Assembly (NCBI GenBank): GCA_031387365.1
Contig: JANNDD010000035.1
Location: 1-45,495 of the forward strand
DNA from: Armatimonas sp.
GTDB lineage: Bacteria; Armatimonadota; Armatimonadia; Armatimonadales; Armatimonadaceae
DNA: 45,495 bases
Reading direction: 5' to 3'
Positions within the stretch are counted from its first letter, which is position 1. Every line of letters begins with the position of its first letter. The notes under the pieces are model-generated. The model searched no databases. It was not told the origin of the DNA and was given only the letters and a program-made list of their open reading frames with translations. The position numbers and the translations under genes are program-made. Shown here piece after piece: positions 17,873 to 27,019 of the stretch.

Positions 17873-18592
17873 ATGAGACGACAACTTCTGGCACTGGCCG
17901 CCGCTCTAACACTGACGGGTGCAGCGCGGGCGCAGATGAACATGCCCGATGTCCAGATCATGGTCGCACCGGGCCTGGGCAACTGGACGGTGGCAGTGGT
18001 CTATCCGCGCCAAGTGCCGCACGCGGAAACAGAAGCACGTCTGAAGCGCCTGAGCACCATTACGAGCTGGAAGTTTGAGAAGCTAGAGTTTGAGGACAAG
18101 CGCCTCGACCGCAATGCCATGGACTCGCGTGATCCGGACGTCAAGAAAGCAGTCAAGAACGTCGGCCCCGCTCCCGTGATGAGCAGTGTCAGCTTCCAGA
18201 CATCGGCGAATTTAGTAGATCCCGCGCAAGGCACTCTCGCACTGGAGCCGTTCCTACGAGCCTTTCGGGACCAGAACCGAGTAAATGTGACCTATCTTAT
18301 CTCTGGCCCATTTACCTACCGAGGCCCACGGCAGTTTACCGATAATCGAGTGGAGATCTCGCTGTCGGCCCAAGAAGGAGCCTTTACCTACCAGACCCTC
18401 CTCAAAGACCATAAGTTCGAGCAGCTCAACCTTCCGACAAAAGAGGTTGCCAAGCAGGAAAGTTACCGAGCGGCGGAGAATACTAGCGCACCCGGTCGCA
18501 GGCTATTGCTGGGAACGGGCCTAGTAGCGTTGCTGGCACTGGGAATCGCAGGTATCGCCTACGCGGTTGCCCAGCGCTTCCTTCACCGATAG
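17873..18592 (+). CDS. Hypothetical exported protein with C-terminal membrane anchor
   Basis: Signal peptide MRRQLLALAAALTLTGAARA; C-terminal TM followed by a short basic tail; GAAGGA SD-like sequence upstream. Confidence 0.7.
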   Translation: MRRQLLALAAALTLTGAARAQMNMPDVQIMVAPGLGNWTVAVVYPRQVPHAETEARLKRLSTITSWKFEKLEFEDKRLDRNAMDSRDPDVKKAVKNVGPAPVMSSVSFQTSANLVDPAQGTLALEPFLRAFRDQNRVNVTYLISGPFTYRGPRQFTDNRVEISLSAQEGAFTYQTLLKDHKFEQLNLPTKEVAKQESYRAAENTSAPGRRLLLGTGLVALLALGIAGIAYAVAQRFLHR

Positions 18593-18638
18593 ACACCAAA
18601 ACACTGATATTACTTAGACGAGGACATCTCTAAAAACG

Positions 18639-19709
18639 ATGTATGATATTCGCGACCTCATCAGACAGGCCTACGACTTAAAAGCGTCGGACCTATTCAT
18701 CAAGGCCGACTCTCCCCCAATGCTTCGCCTGCATGGGCGTATCGTGCCCGTAGAAGGCACCGAGAAGCTCTCGGGTGACGAAACACGGCGCATGGCCTAC
18801 TCGATCATGAGCCACGAGCAGATCGGGCGCTTCGAGCACCGACACGAGCTGGATATCGGCTGGGAGCTCGACGGTCTGACCCGTGTGCGCACCAATATCT
18901 ACCAGCAGCGAGGCACCATTGGAGTTGTCAGCCGACTGGTTCCTCTCAAGCTCTACACTCTAGAGCAGCTTGGAATGCCTCCCGCGGTCGGGGAGCTTAC
19001 GAAGGCACGCCAGGGACTGATGCTCATCACCGGGCCGACGGGCTCAGGCAAGTCCACGACACTCGCGGGCATGATCAACAAGATCAATGAGGAACAGTCT
19101 AAGAATATTGTCACGATTGAGGACCCGATTGAGTTTGTGCACCCGGACAAGAAGTGCATCATCTCGCAGCGCGAGGTGGGCATTGACACGGACTCCTTCT
19201 CCGATGCTCTGAAGTACGTGCTCCGTCAGAACCCTGATATTATTCTAATCGGTGAGATGCGAGATGTCGAGTCTGTCTCCGTGGCGCTACAAGCGGCGGA
19301 AACGGGCCACCTTGTGTTTGGAACCCTGCACACTTCCAGTGCCGCTGAGACCCTAGAGCGTATCGTCAACCTCTTCCCCCCAGAAGACAAGATGCTGCTC
19401 TGTATGCGTATGAGCCAGTCAGTGCGCGGCTTTATTGCCCAGAAGCTCCTGCCCCGTGTGGATACTGTCGGGCGTGTTGCTGCTGTCGAGATCATGATCG
19501 CCACCCCGACAGTCGCGAAGCTGATCGAAGAGGGCAAGACAGGAAATATCTACACCGCCATTCAAGAGGGCGGGTTCTGGGGCATGCAGACCATGAACCA
19601 GTGCCTGACCCGCTACTACAAGGCTGGGATTATCTCCGAGGACGATGCAATGGCAGCTGCGGGCAACCTCACCGAGCTGCGCCAGATGATCCGCCGACCA
19701 GGGACATAA
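18639..19709 (+). CDS. pilT: Type IV pilus retraction ATPase PilT/PilU family
   Basis: ASDLFIK, GPTGSGKSTT, TIEDPIEF, LRQNPDIILIGEMRD, ETGHLVFGTLH, GMQTMNQ. Confidence 0.92.
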   Translation: MYDIRDLIRQAYDLKASDLFIKADSPPMLRLHGRIVPVEGTEKLSGDETRRMAYSIMSHEQIGRFEHRHELDIGWELDGLTRVRTNIYQQRGTIGVVSRLVPLKLYTLEQLGMPPAVGELTKARQGLMLITGPTGSGKSTTLAGMINKINEEQSKNIVTIEDPIEFVHPDKKCIISQREVGIDTDSFSDALKYVLRQNPDIILIGEMRDVESVSVALQAAETGHLVFGTLHTSSAAETLERIVNLFPPEDKMLLCMRMSQSVRGFIAQKLLPRVDTVGRVAAVEIMIATPTVAKLIEEGKTGNIYTAIQEGGFWGMQTMNQCLTRYYKAGIISEDDAMAAAGNLTELRQMIRRPGT

Positions 19710-19741
19710 GCGCGTCCTACACTACGCCTCTGTGCTTTTGT

Positions 19742-19783
19742 GCCCCCTTCTTCCCCACAGGAAGCAGGGGGCTTTGTTATTTT
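19742..19783 (+). terminator. Rho-independent terminator after pilT
   Basis: GCCCCCTTCTTCC-CCACA-GGAAGCAGGGGGC followed by TTTGTTATTTT. Confidence 0.7.
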
Positions 19784-19881
19784 CACTTGCTCGTGGCTTT
19801 CCGTAATGACCTGCTCGCGCGGAGTCTTCTACACAGCCGCTTACCACGCGGCGTGAGACAAAAGGCAAGGTGAAGTGAGAA

Positions 19882-21189
19882 ATGGCAACAATCAGCGTGG
19901 TGAAAGAGGCTCGCTATGTTTTAACAAATATTGCGGGCAACAACAATAAGTTCTGGAACATCAAGCTCTTCTCTGACAGCTCCTGTGAGACACACTGGGG
20001 CCGGGTCGGGGAGGATGGGCAGCGCAAAACGTCCTCCAACCTCAGTGAGTGGCAATTCGATTCCAAGTGCCGTGAGAAAGAGGGTAAGGGCTATCGCCCT
20101 CAGAAAACTCTCGCTAATACCGCGCGCAACAACCATCTTCAAGGCGAGCCCCTCGCCAAAGTCGCCCGTGAGCAGATCACAGCCAGCTCGCCAGAGACAC
20201 AGGCGCTCGTCGAGTATCTAGCACACGTCAATGTACATCGCATTCTCGAAGCCACCACGATGAGCTATGACGAGAGCCGGGGGACGTTCTCTACACCACT
20301 TGGCGTCGTCACACAGGAGGCGCTCACCGAGGCGCGAGGGCTCTTAGCGAGCCTGAGTCAGTTTGTGGCAGCCCGCGATTGGAGCCATGCCTGCTTTATC
20401 CCAACCCTCAACGACTATCTGATGCTCATTCCACAGAACATCGGCCGGACGAAGCCAGAGCCACAGCTTCTTTTTCCGGACTTAGAGGCAGTCCAAAAGC
20501 AAAACGGCGTTCTGGATGCCCTAGGAGCAAGCCTGGAGCTGGTTCTCCAGGCCGACGAAGACAAGGGAAACGAAGTGATCCCTCCTCCCAAGCTCTTTGA
20601 GGCACGCCTGGAGCTCGTCACCGATCCCGTAGAGATTGCGCGGATTCGGCACAAGTACCGTAGCTCGCAGAAAGTCACACATGCCTGCGCTCACCTGGAT
20701 GTCAAACGCGTCTTCCGGGTGGAGATCGGCTCCATGACGGCAAGCTTTGAGACGCAGGGCAAGAAAATCGGCAATATTCAGGAGCTGTGGCACGGAACCC
20801 AGGCCAGTAACTTACTCTCGATTCTACGGAGTGGTTTTGTGATCGCCCCCTCAGGCGCAGCGCACTGTACAGGTCGTATGTTTGGCAACGGCGCGTACTT
20901 CTCTGACCAGAGCACGAAGTCATTGAACTATGCGTACGGCTACTGGAAGGGCCGCAGCGACGACCACTGTTTTATGTTTCTTTGCGATGTTGCCCTAGGC
21001 AAGAGCTTCACCCCCAAGAGCTGGAACCACACACTCGACCCACGCAAAGACGGCTACGACTCCACGTTCGCGGAAGCCGACAAGAGTGGGGTCAGCAATA
21101 ACGAGATGATTGTCTACGATACCGCGCAGATCTGCCCGCGCTTTCTCGTGGAGTTTGGCAGCCAGACCCCTACAGCTCTAAATCAGTGA
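19882..21189 (+). CDS. WGR-domain poly(ADP-ribose) polymerase (bacterial PARP)
   Basis: N-terminal WGR (NNNKFW...HWGRVG), helical regulatory region (TPLG, YLMLIP), catalytic LWHGT...GRMFGNGAYFSDQSTKSLNY...NNEMIVY giving an H-Y-E triad. Confidence 0.9.
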   Translation: MATISVVKEARYVLTNIAGNNNKFWNIKLFSDSSCETHWGRVGEDGQRKTSSNLSEWQFDSKCREKEGKGYRPQKTLANTARNNHLQGEPLAKVAREQITASSPETQALVEYLAHVNVHRILEATTMSYDESRGTFSTPLGVVTQEALTEARGLLASLSQFVAARDWSHACFIPTLNDYLMLIPQNIGRTKPEPQLLFPDLEAVQKQNGVLDALGASLELVLQADEDKGNEVIPPPKLFEARLELVTDPVEIARIRHKYRSSQKVTHACAHLDVKRVFRVEIGSMTASFETQGKKIGNIQELWHGTQASNLLSILRSGFVIAPSGAAHCTGRMFGNGAYFSDQSTKSLNYAYGYWKGRSDDHCFMFLCDVALGKSFTPKSWNHTLDPRKDGYDSTFAEADKSGVSNNEMIVYDTAQICPRFLVEFGSQTPTALNQ

Positions 21190-22090
21190 GATCGTCGGGC
21201 GTGGGCGGGTTTGCAACCACTCGCTCCGCCTCGGCTTTGGCGGCGGCTTCACTCTCTTTATGAACCTCACGAATCTCCTCGGCACTCATCTGACGGCCTT
21301 TTTGATAGTAAAAGAGCGCTGCTTTCCCTACCGTGATTGTCCCCGAGTAGGCAATCGCGGTCTTTGCCGCCACTCCAATTCCTGCGGGGATCATTCCGGC
21401 AAGCTCACGTGCCAGTAAGCGCCAGCCCATCGCACCGGCCACTGTTCCCAGAATCTCCTTGACCTGCTGGGTATAGCCCGGCGGGTGACCATGAGCGGCT
21501 GCGAGTCGCATCACCAGCATTGCCTGGTTCTTGGTGAGTACAAACACATCTACAGCGGACGACGCGGGTAAAAACGGCAGGCTCACCGGCAAGATCCACG
21601 GCAGAGCGGAGAGAAAAGCAAAACGCGCATTGTTGGAGCTCGCGTTGAGAATCAGGCGCTGTGCTACTACAGGCCGCATCCCGGGCAGATAACGCCCAAA
21701 TGCCACCAGTTGTGTAGGACGGGATTGAGCGATCCAGCTGATCACTTCCTCGAAGTTTCCCACATACGGAGCGCACTTCACGCCCCGTGCACCAATAGGC
21801 TCGTCGGGACCAAGCACATAGAAAGTTGCTGCGGAGACCTCGGAGATGCCTTCCTCGGGAGGGCTGTCCAGCAAGTAGAAGCGCTCCTTACCATCTTCCC
21901 TCTCGACTCGAGTGGCCGTGAGGGGAAGAAGACGATCCAGAAACCACTGACGATCCTCTTCCGCCCCTACAATGCCCAGCCGAAAGTCACGGGTCATCTC
22001 CTCGCGAATCACGCGCGGAGAGACCTCACTCATCATCCTCCAAAAACTCCAGGCCTGATTTGCAACACTCTCTATTTGGACAACACTCAC
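21170..22090 (-). CDS. Hypothetical protein with DUF697/YcjF-like C-terminal region
   Basis: DVFVLTKNQAMLVMRLAAAHG...GWRLLARELAGMIPAGIG..AIAYSGT pattern; AGGAG SD before GTG. Confidence 0.65.
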   Translation of the reverse strand: MSVVQIESVANQAWSFWRMMSEVSPRVIREEMTRDFRLGIVGAEEDRQWFLDRLLPLTATRVEREDGKERFYLLDSPPEEGISEVSAATFYVLGPDEPIGARGVKCAPYVGNFEEVISWIAQSRPTQLVAFGRYLPGMRPVVAQRLILNASSNNARFAFLSALPWILPVSLPFLPASSAVDVFVLTKNQAMLVMRLAAAHGHPPGYTQQVKEILGTVAGAMGWRLLARELAGMIPAGIGVAAKTAIAYSGTITVGKAALFYYQKGRQMSAEEIREVHKESEAAAKAEAERVVANPPTPDDLTDLEL

Positions 22091-22102
22091 AGCGTGACGC
22101 TC

Positions 22103-23383
22103 CTACCCGCCTCCAGTGCGGCCCACGGTCGTGTAGTCCGGTGCGGAGACAATCTCAATTAGCTCCTTGACACTTTCTAGGTCTTCCGGGTTACCATCGT
22201 AGAGCCACTCGTTGAGCGCTTCCGCGTCCACGCCCTCACGATCGCGCTCCCAGAGCTTGCGCGCGATCCCACGCTCCGTTTTCTCGATCAGGTCATCCGC
22301 ACTCAAGATATCAGGTTGGAGAGAGGTCTTCCGATCCCAGAGCTGCTTGCTATCTGTCTCATCCCCACGATCAAAGTAGAAGCACCACGTATAGAACAGA
22401 TGGTAGACCGCTGAGTTCACCGAATCCCAAGAAATTGTCGGGAAGTGCTCCTCCACAAACGCATGAAGCTGATCTTTTGCTTCCTTCAGAGAGACTCCTC
22501 CACTCGCTTCGGCCTTGGCAAAAATATCGTAGAGTGCCACAATAATCTGATGTCGCTCCTCGCACGTCACATAGCGGAAGTTGTTTTCCCGCAGCCAGGA
22601 ACGAAGCTTATCCCCTGCCGTCGGAGGCGTGTAGATGGCTCCCTCCTCCAGCTCAAGTGTCCCCTGAGGGGCAACGGTCACATCGCCCACCTGTGGTTTA
22701 TGAACATCCACAATATCCAGATTTGCTCGGAGAAACTCAAGAAATGAGCCATAGCCCAGCCGCGTCTCATCAAAGAGTGGATCGAGCCGCCTCATCTGAA
22801 TCTTGAGTGCCGAGCCAGGAACGGGACGATTTCCCATTACGGTCAAGGCCCGCGTCAGAAGCCCCACAGGATCCGCCGTCGGTGCTTCCCGAAGATCATC
22901 GTAGAAAACGAAGCGATCGCAGGCCTTAATGAGATAGCTTGCCGTGTTCGAGCGCACTCCGAGCCCAAGGACATGGAGCCCAAGCTCACGCAGCTTCATG
23001 ACCAGAGGCGTAAAGTCCGAGTCTCCGGAGATAATCGCGACATGCGTGATTTCCGGTTGCCGGAGGACAAACTCAACTACGTCCACCGCCATCCGAATAT
23101 CTGCTCCATTTTTACCCTTTTGCGTCAGTGGAAAGGTCTGCACCGGCTCAATGGCATTGTCAAGCAAGTCAGATCGGTATTCTTTAAAGACACTCCAGTC
23201 TGCATAAGCACGTTTTAAAAGAACACGCCCTTGCGTCATGCGAACAATCTCATCTAAAATCAGCTTGAAATCTACACGATCATTCTCAAAAAAATCATCT
23301 ACGGAACGTTTTACATTTTCAAAATCTATAAATACTGCAACACGGTGTTTTTTATCACCTTCAGAAATAAACGGCCTATTCAA
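22103..23383 (-). CDS. NYN (LabA/DUF88 PIN-like) domain protein with OST-HTH/LOTUS domain and C-terminal extension
   Basis: VFIDFEN, KNGADIRMAVD, SGDSDFTPL, ACDRFVFY; LOTUS-like DPLFDETRLGYGSFLEFL. Confidence 0.85.
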   Translation of the reverse strand: MNRPFISEGDKKHRVAVFIDFENVKRSVDDFFENDRVDFKLILDEIVRMTQGRVLLKRAYADWSVFKEYRSDLLDNAIEPVQTFPLTQKGKNGADIRMAVDVVEFVLRQPEITHVAIISGDSDFTPLVMKLRELGLHVLGLGVRSNTASYLIKACDRFVFYDDLREAPTADPVGLLTRALTVMGNRPVPGSALKIQMRRLDPLFDETRLGYGSFLEFLRANLDIVDVHKPQVGDVTVAPQGTLELEEGAIYTPPTAGDKLRSWLRENNFRYVTCEERHQIIVALYDIFAKAEASGGVSLKEAKDQLHAFVEEHFPTISWDSVNSAVYHLFYTWCFYFDRGDETDSKQLWDRKTSLQPDILSADDLIEKTERGIARKLWERDREGVDAEALNEWLYDGNPEDLESVKELIEIVSAPDYTTVGRTGGG

Positions 23384-23395
23384 TTTTAAAATCCT

Positions 23396-24430
23396 CTATT
23401 TTTTCCTAAAAAAACGCTTCAGAGATAGTTCTCCTCGGCCAAAAATCCCCTGTGGACGTACAAGCATCATAATTACCAGTGCCAGTGCATACACTACCAG
23501 ACGGTACTGGTTCGCCTGTTGCCCTAATGAGTAGCGCAAAACCTCGGGAAGAGCCGTCAGCACAACGGCTGCGAGTGCCGCTCCCGTGATCGAGCCCAGC
23601 CCCCCCAAAACCACCATTGTCACGAAGTCAAAAGACCGAACAAAATTAAACGACGTGATCAAGATAGTGCGCTCGTAGTGCGCAAACAGCGCTCCCGCAA
23701 CCCCAGCAAAAAAAGCTCCCAGGACAAATGCCTTCACTTTGACTGTGGTGGTGTTGATTCCCATTGCCTGCGCCGCAATCTCATCTTCGCGCACCGACAG
23801 ATAGGAGAGCCCATGTACGGAGAAGCGCAGGTTACGCGACACTAGGATCACGACAAGCACTGTGCCGTAGACCCAGAAGAAGTTCGTCAGTGCCGGAACC
23901 TGCACCCCGGAATTCAAATCGCCCGAGAAACCGCGCGGCCCACCGACAACATCTAAGTTCTCGACCACAACCCTGATAATCTCCCCGAATCCCAGGGTCA
24001 CAATCGCTAGATAATCCCCCCGCAGTCGCAGGCTTGGCAAACCAACCAGATACCCAATTCCCGCCGCCGCCAGCCCTCCCACAAGCATCGAGACCAGCAT
24101 TACCGGGCCGCCTGAGAGTAGCGAGTAGAGCGGCGAGGAAAAATCCCCGTTCTTGGGAATAAACGAAAAGAGCTTGTCGTGACCGTAGACCGTCAGCGCC
24201 GCCGCCACGTAGGCTCCTACGGCTTGAAAGCCCGCGTGCCCAATCGAGAACTGCCCCGTGAACCCATTGATCAGATTCAGTGAGACCGCCATGATGATCG
24301 CGATACCACAGAGCATCACCACTCGGTAGACCACGTCCTGCAGGTACAGCGGGAAGAGCAGCGAGCCCGCCATCAGTACTGCAAGAGCCACCGTAGCCCC
24401 GCCCAGTCGCTTTAATATCATCTTCTGCAT
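23396..24430 (-). CDS. livM: Branched-chain amino acid ABC transporter permease LivM
   Basis: GFTGQFSIGHAGF, LRLRGDYLAIVTLGFGEI, VVLGGLGS, RPQGIFG. Confidence 0.93.
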   Translation of the reverse strand: MQKMILKRLGGATVALAVLMAGSLLFPLYLQDVVYRVVMLCGIAIIMAVSLNLINGFTGQFSIGHAGFQAVGAYVAAALTVYGHDKLFSFIPKNGDFSSPLYSLLSGGPVMLVSMLVGGLAAAGIGYLVGLPSLRLRGDYLAIVTLGFGEIIRVVVENLDVVGGPRGFSGDLNSGVQVPALTNFFWVYGTVLVVILVSRNLRFSVHGLSYLSVREDEIAAQAMGINTTTVKVKAFVLGAFFAGVAGALFAHYERTILITSFNFVRSFDFVTMVVLGGLGSITGAALAAVVLTALPEVLRYSLGQQANQYRLVVYALALVIMMLVRPQGIFGRGELSLKRFFRKK

Positions 24431-24434
24431 GGGG

Positions 24435-25394
24435 CTATACTTTCTCCGGTGCGTTCTTACCCAGAAGCCCCGCGGGTCGAACCAGGAGCACGATGATCAA
24501 GATCACAAAGGCCAGTGCATCCACCCAGCGCGACGGGTCAAAGTCGTAGGTGCCTAGCTTGATATGCGGCGCACTCTTCACAAAAGACTCCGAGAGCCCC
24601 ATTAAGAGCCCGCCCAGCATCGCGCCCGGAATCGAGCCGATGCCCCCCACCACAGCGGCCACAAAGGCTTTAATACCAATCTGCACGCCCATCAGCGGCA
24701 GAATACTCTTAAAAGTCAGTGCGCCAAAGAGCACGCCACCGGCTGCTGCGAGCGCCGCGCCCAGACCAAATGTAAAGGAGATCACGGCATCCGTGTTGAT
24801 TCCCATGAGCGCCGCCGCGTCAAAGTCATGACTAACGGCGCGCATGGCCTTGCCCATCTTGGTGCGCTGGACGATATACCAGAGAATTGCCATGAGCACG
24901 AACGCGGTGATTACTAAGACAAGCTGGTTCTGCGAGATCGTCAGATTCCCCAGGTGCAGAGTGGCCTCGGGGCCGCTCGGGAGAATCTCGGGGTAGAACT
25001 TCGGGTCCACACCAAAGACAAACGGGAGCTGCGCCATTCCCTCCAGAAAGAGCGAAACCCCAATGGCCGTGATCAGCGCCGTTAGGCGCGGCGCACGGCG
25101 CAGTGGTCGGTAGGCCAGGCGCTCGATGATCAGGCCGAGGGTCACACAGGCCGCCATCGAGATCAAAAGAACGGGCAGGAGCTGAAGCAGCCCTGCCCAG
25201 ACCGTTACCTGCTGCTTGACTTTAAGCCAGCGCGAGGCAAAGTAGCCGACGTAGGCCCCGACCATGAAGATATCGCTGTGGGCGAAGTTGATCAGGCGGA
25301 GCACTCCGTAGACCATGGTGTAGCCCAGAGCGATCAGCACGTAGATGCTGCCGATCTGGACACCATTGATTATATTTTGTAAGAACTGGTCCAC
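24435..25394 (-). CDS. livH: Branched-chain amino acid ABC transporter permease LivH
   Basis: GSIYVLIALGYTMVYGVLRLINFAH, GKAMRAVS, KAFVAAVVGGIGSIPGA. Confidence 0.95.
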   Translation of the reverse strand: MDQFLQNIINGVQIGSIYVLIALGYTMVYGVLRLINFAHSDIFMVGAYVGYFASRWLKVKQQVTVWAGLLQLLPVLLISMAACVTLGLIIERLAYRPLRRAPRLTALITAIGVSLFLEGMAQLPFVFGVDPKFYPEILPSGPEATLHLGNLTISQNQLVLVITAFVLMAILWYIVQRTKMGKAMRAVSHDFDAAALMGINTDAVISFTFGLGAALAAAGGVLFGALTFKSILPLMGVQIGIKAFVAAVVGGIGSIPGAMLGGLLMGLSESFVKSAPHIKLGTYDFDPSRWVDALAFVILIIVLLVRPAGLLGKNAPEKV

Positions 25395-25407
25395 GTGCCT
25401 ACTTTAT

Positions 25408-26652
25408 CTACTTCGGGTCAACGGTCTTGACGTATTTAAACTCGGCACCACTAATCTGCAGAACCACCGCGCTTTTATTAGCGTTACGATTCTCGTCAAT
25501 GGTAATCTTGCCCGTCACCGCGACGTAGTCTTTGGTCTGAGCCAGCGCGTCACGAACTTTCTTACGCTCGATGGAGCCCGCGCGCTTGATCGCGTCGGCG
25601 AGGATCATCATGGCGTCGTAGCCCTGGGCCACGAGGCTTGCGGGCGCTTTGCCGGTCTTAGCCGTGAAGGCCTTGACGAAGTCCTGCACTTTTTGATCTT
25701 TGGAGTCCTTGGAGTAGTGAGTCGAGAAGTACGCGCCTTCCAGAGCCTTCCCCGGGCCGCCCGCGCCCTCGACCAGCTTCTCGGAGTCCCAGCCATCGCC
25801 ACCCATCAAGGGAACCGTGATGCTGAGCTCTTTGGCTTGCCGTGCAATCGTCCCGACCTCGTTGTAGTAACCCGGAATAAAGATTCCATCCGCGGCTGCC
25901 GTCTTGATCTGTCCAAGCTGGCTGCGGAAGTCAGAGTCCTTTGCATTGTACGACGCATCGGCGACAATCTCGCCGCCCATCTTGGTGAACTCTTCCTTGA
26001 ACACATCCGCTAGGCCCACAGAGTAGTCCTGGGATGGATCACGCAGTATCGCCACTTTCTTGAGCTTAAGCTCCTCGGTAGCAAACTTGGCCATGACATA
26101 GCCCTGGAACGGATCAATGAAACAAACACGGAAAATATGGTCGCCAACTTTGGTGACATCCGGGTTGGTGGAGCTGGGAGAGATCATCGGAATGCCCGCT
26201 CGCTGAAACTCCGGAGCGGCAGTCTTGGAGCGGCTAGAAGCGACTTCCCCAATCACGGCGACAATCTTGGCATCACCGGCGTACTTAACCGCAATTGTTT
26301 TGGCTTCGTCCGCCTTGCTCTGGTCGTCCTGAGTCTCGACTTTAACCAGCATCTTCTTCCCGCCGACCTCAATGCCGCCCGCCGCATTGATCTCGTCAAC
26401 AGCGAAGGTCAGACCAGCGTTAGACTCAACACCAAAAGTAGATGTCTCCCCGGTCAACGAAGCGTACTGCCCCACGTTGATCGTATCGCCCGTCGTGTCC
26501 TGCACTGCTGCGGTTGATGTTGTCGTAGAACCATTGCCAGAGGCATCCGTGGACTTACCCGCGTTGGGATCTTTACAGCCCGTCATGCTCAGGGAGAGAA
26601 CCAAACCAGGAATCAGCGCCTTCAGGAGCGCCGCTCGGGAAAATTTCTGCAT
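25408..26652 (-). CDS. livK: Branched-chain amino acid ABC transporter substrate-binding lipoprotein
   Basis: Lipobox SMTGC, EINAAGG, VIGEVASS, STNPDVT, MGGDGWD; AAGGA SD before ATG 26652. Confidence 0.9.
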   Translation of the reverse strand: MQKFSRAALLKALIPGLVLSLSMTGCKDPNAGKSTDASGNGSTTTSTAAVQDTTGDTINVGQYASLTGETSTFGVESNAGLTFAVDEINAAGGIEVGGKKMLVKVETQDDQSKADEAKTIAVKYAGDAKIVAVIGEVASSRSKTAAPEFQRAGIPMISPSSTNPDVTKVGDHIFRVCFIDPFQGYVMAKFATEELKLKKVAILRDPSQDYSVGLADVFKEEFTKMGGEIVADASYNAKDSDFRSQLGQIKTAAADGIFIPGYYNEVGTIARQAKELSITVPLMGGDGWDSEKLVEGAGGPGKALEGAYFSTHYSKDSKDQKVQDFVKAFTAKTGKAPASLVAQGYDAMMILADAIKRAGSIERKKVRDALAQTKDYVAVTGKITIDENRNANKSAVVLQISGAEFKYVKTVDPK

Positions 26653-26659
26653 CTTAACA

Positions 26660-27019
26660 CTATCCTTCCTTAAATGCAGCCGCTTCAAGAGCCGCCGCCT
26701 CATCGTCAAAAATCGAAAATACAGGCAGTAAGCCCGTAATCGTAAACGTCCGCCGCACCGCGCTCTCCTGACTCATGACCAGATGGAGGCTTACCCCCGC
26801 AGGCTCTGCCTGCTTCCGGACGGCCACCAGCACGCCCAGCCCGGTCGAGTCAACATAGGAGACACGCTTCAAGCTAATCACTAAAATTCTGGGCGATCCG
26901 CCCAGCTGATTCTCCAGCTCGGTTTTCAGTCGGGGAGCATGGTAGGCATCCAGCTCACCGGTGAGCGCCACAAGCGGAACCCCCTCCTGAATTGTCGTTT
27001 GAATCGTCAACTCCGCCAT
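26660..27019 (-). CDS. STAS domain anti-sigma factor antagonist
   Basis: LTGELDAY, VSYVDSTGLGVLV with the phospho-acceptor Ser, FTITGL; GAGGGG SD before ATG 27019. Confidence 0.9.
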   Translation of the reverse strand: MAELTIQTTIQEGVPLVALTGELDAYHAPRLKTELENQLGGSPRILVISLKRVSYVDSTGLGVLVAVRKQAEPAGVSLHLVMSQESAVRRTFTITGLLPVFSIFDDEAAALEAAAFKEG

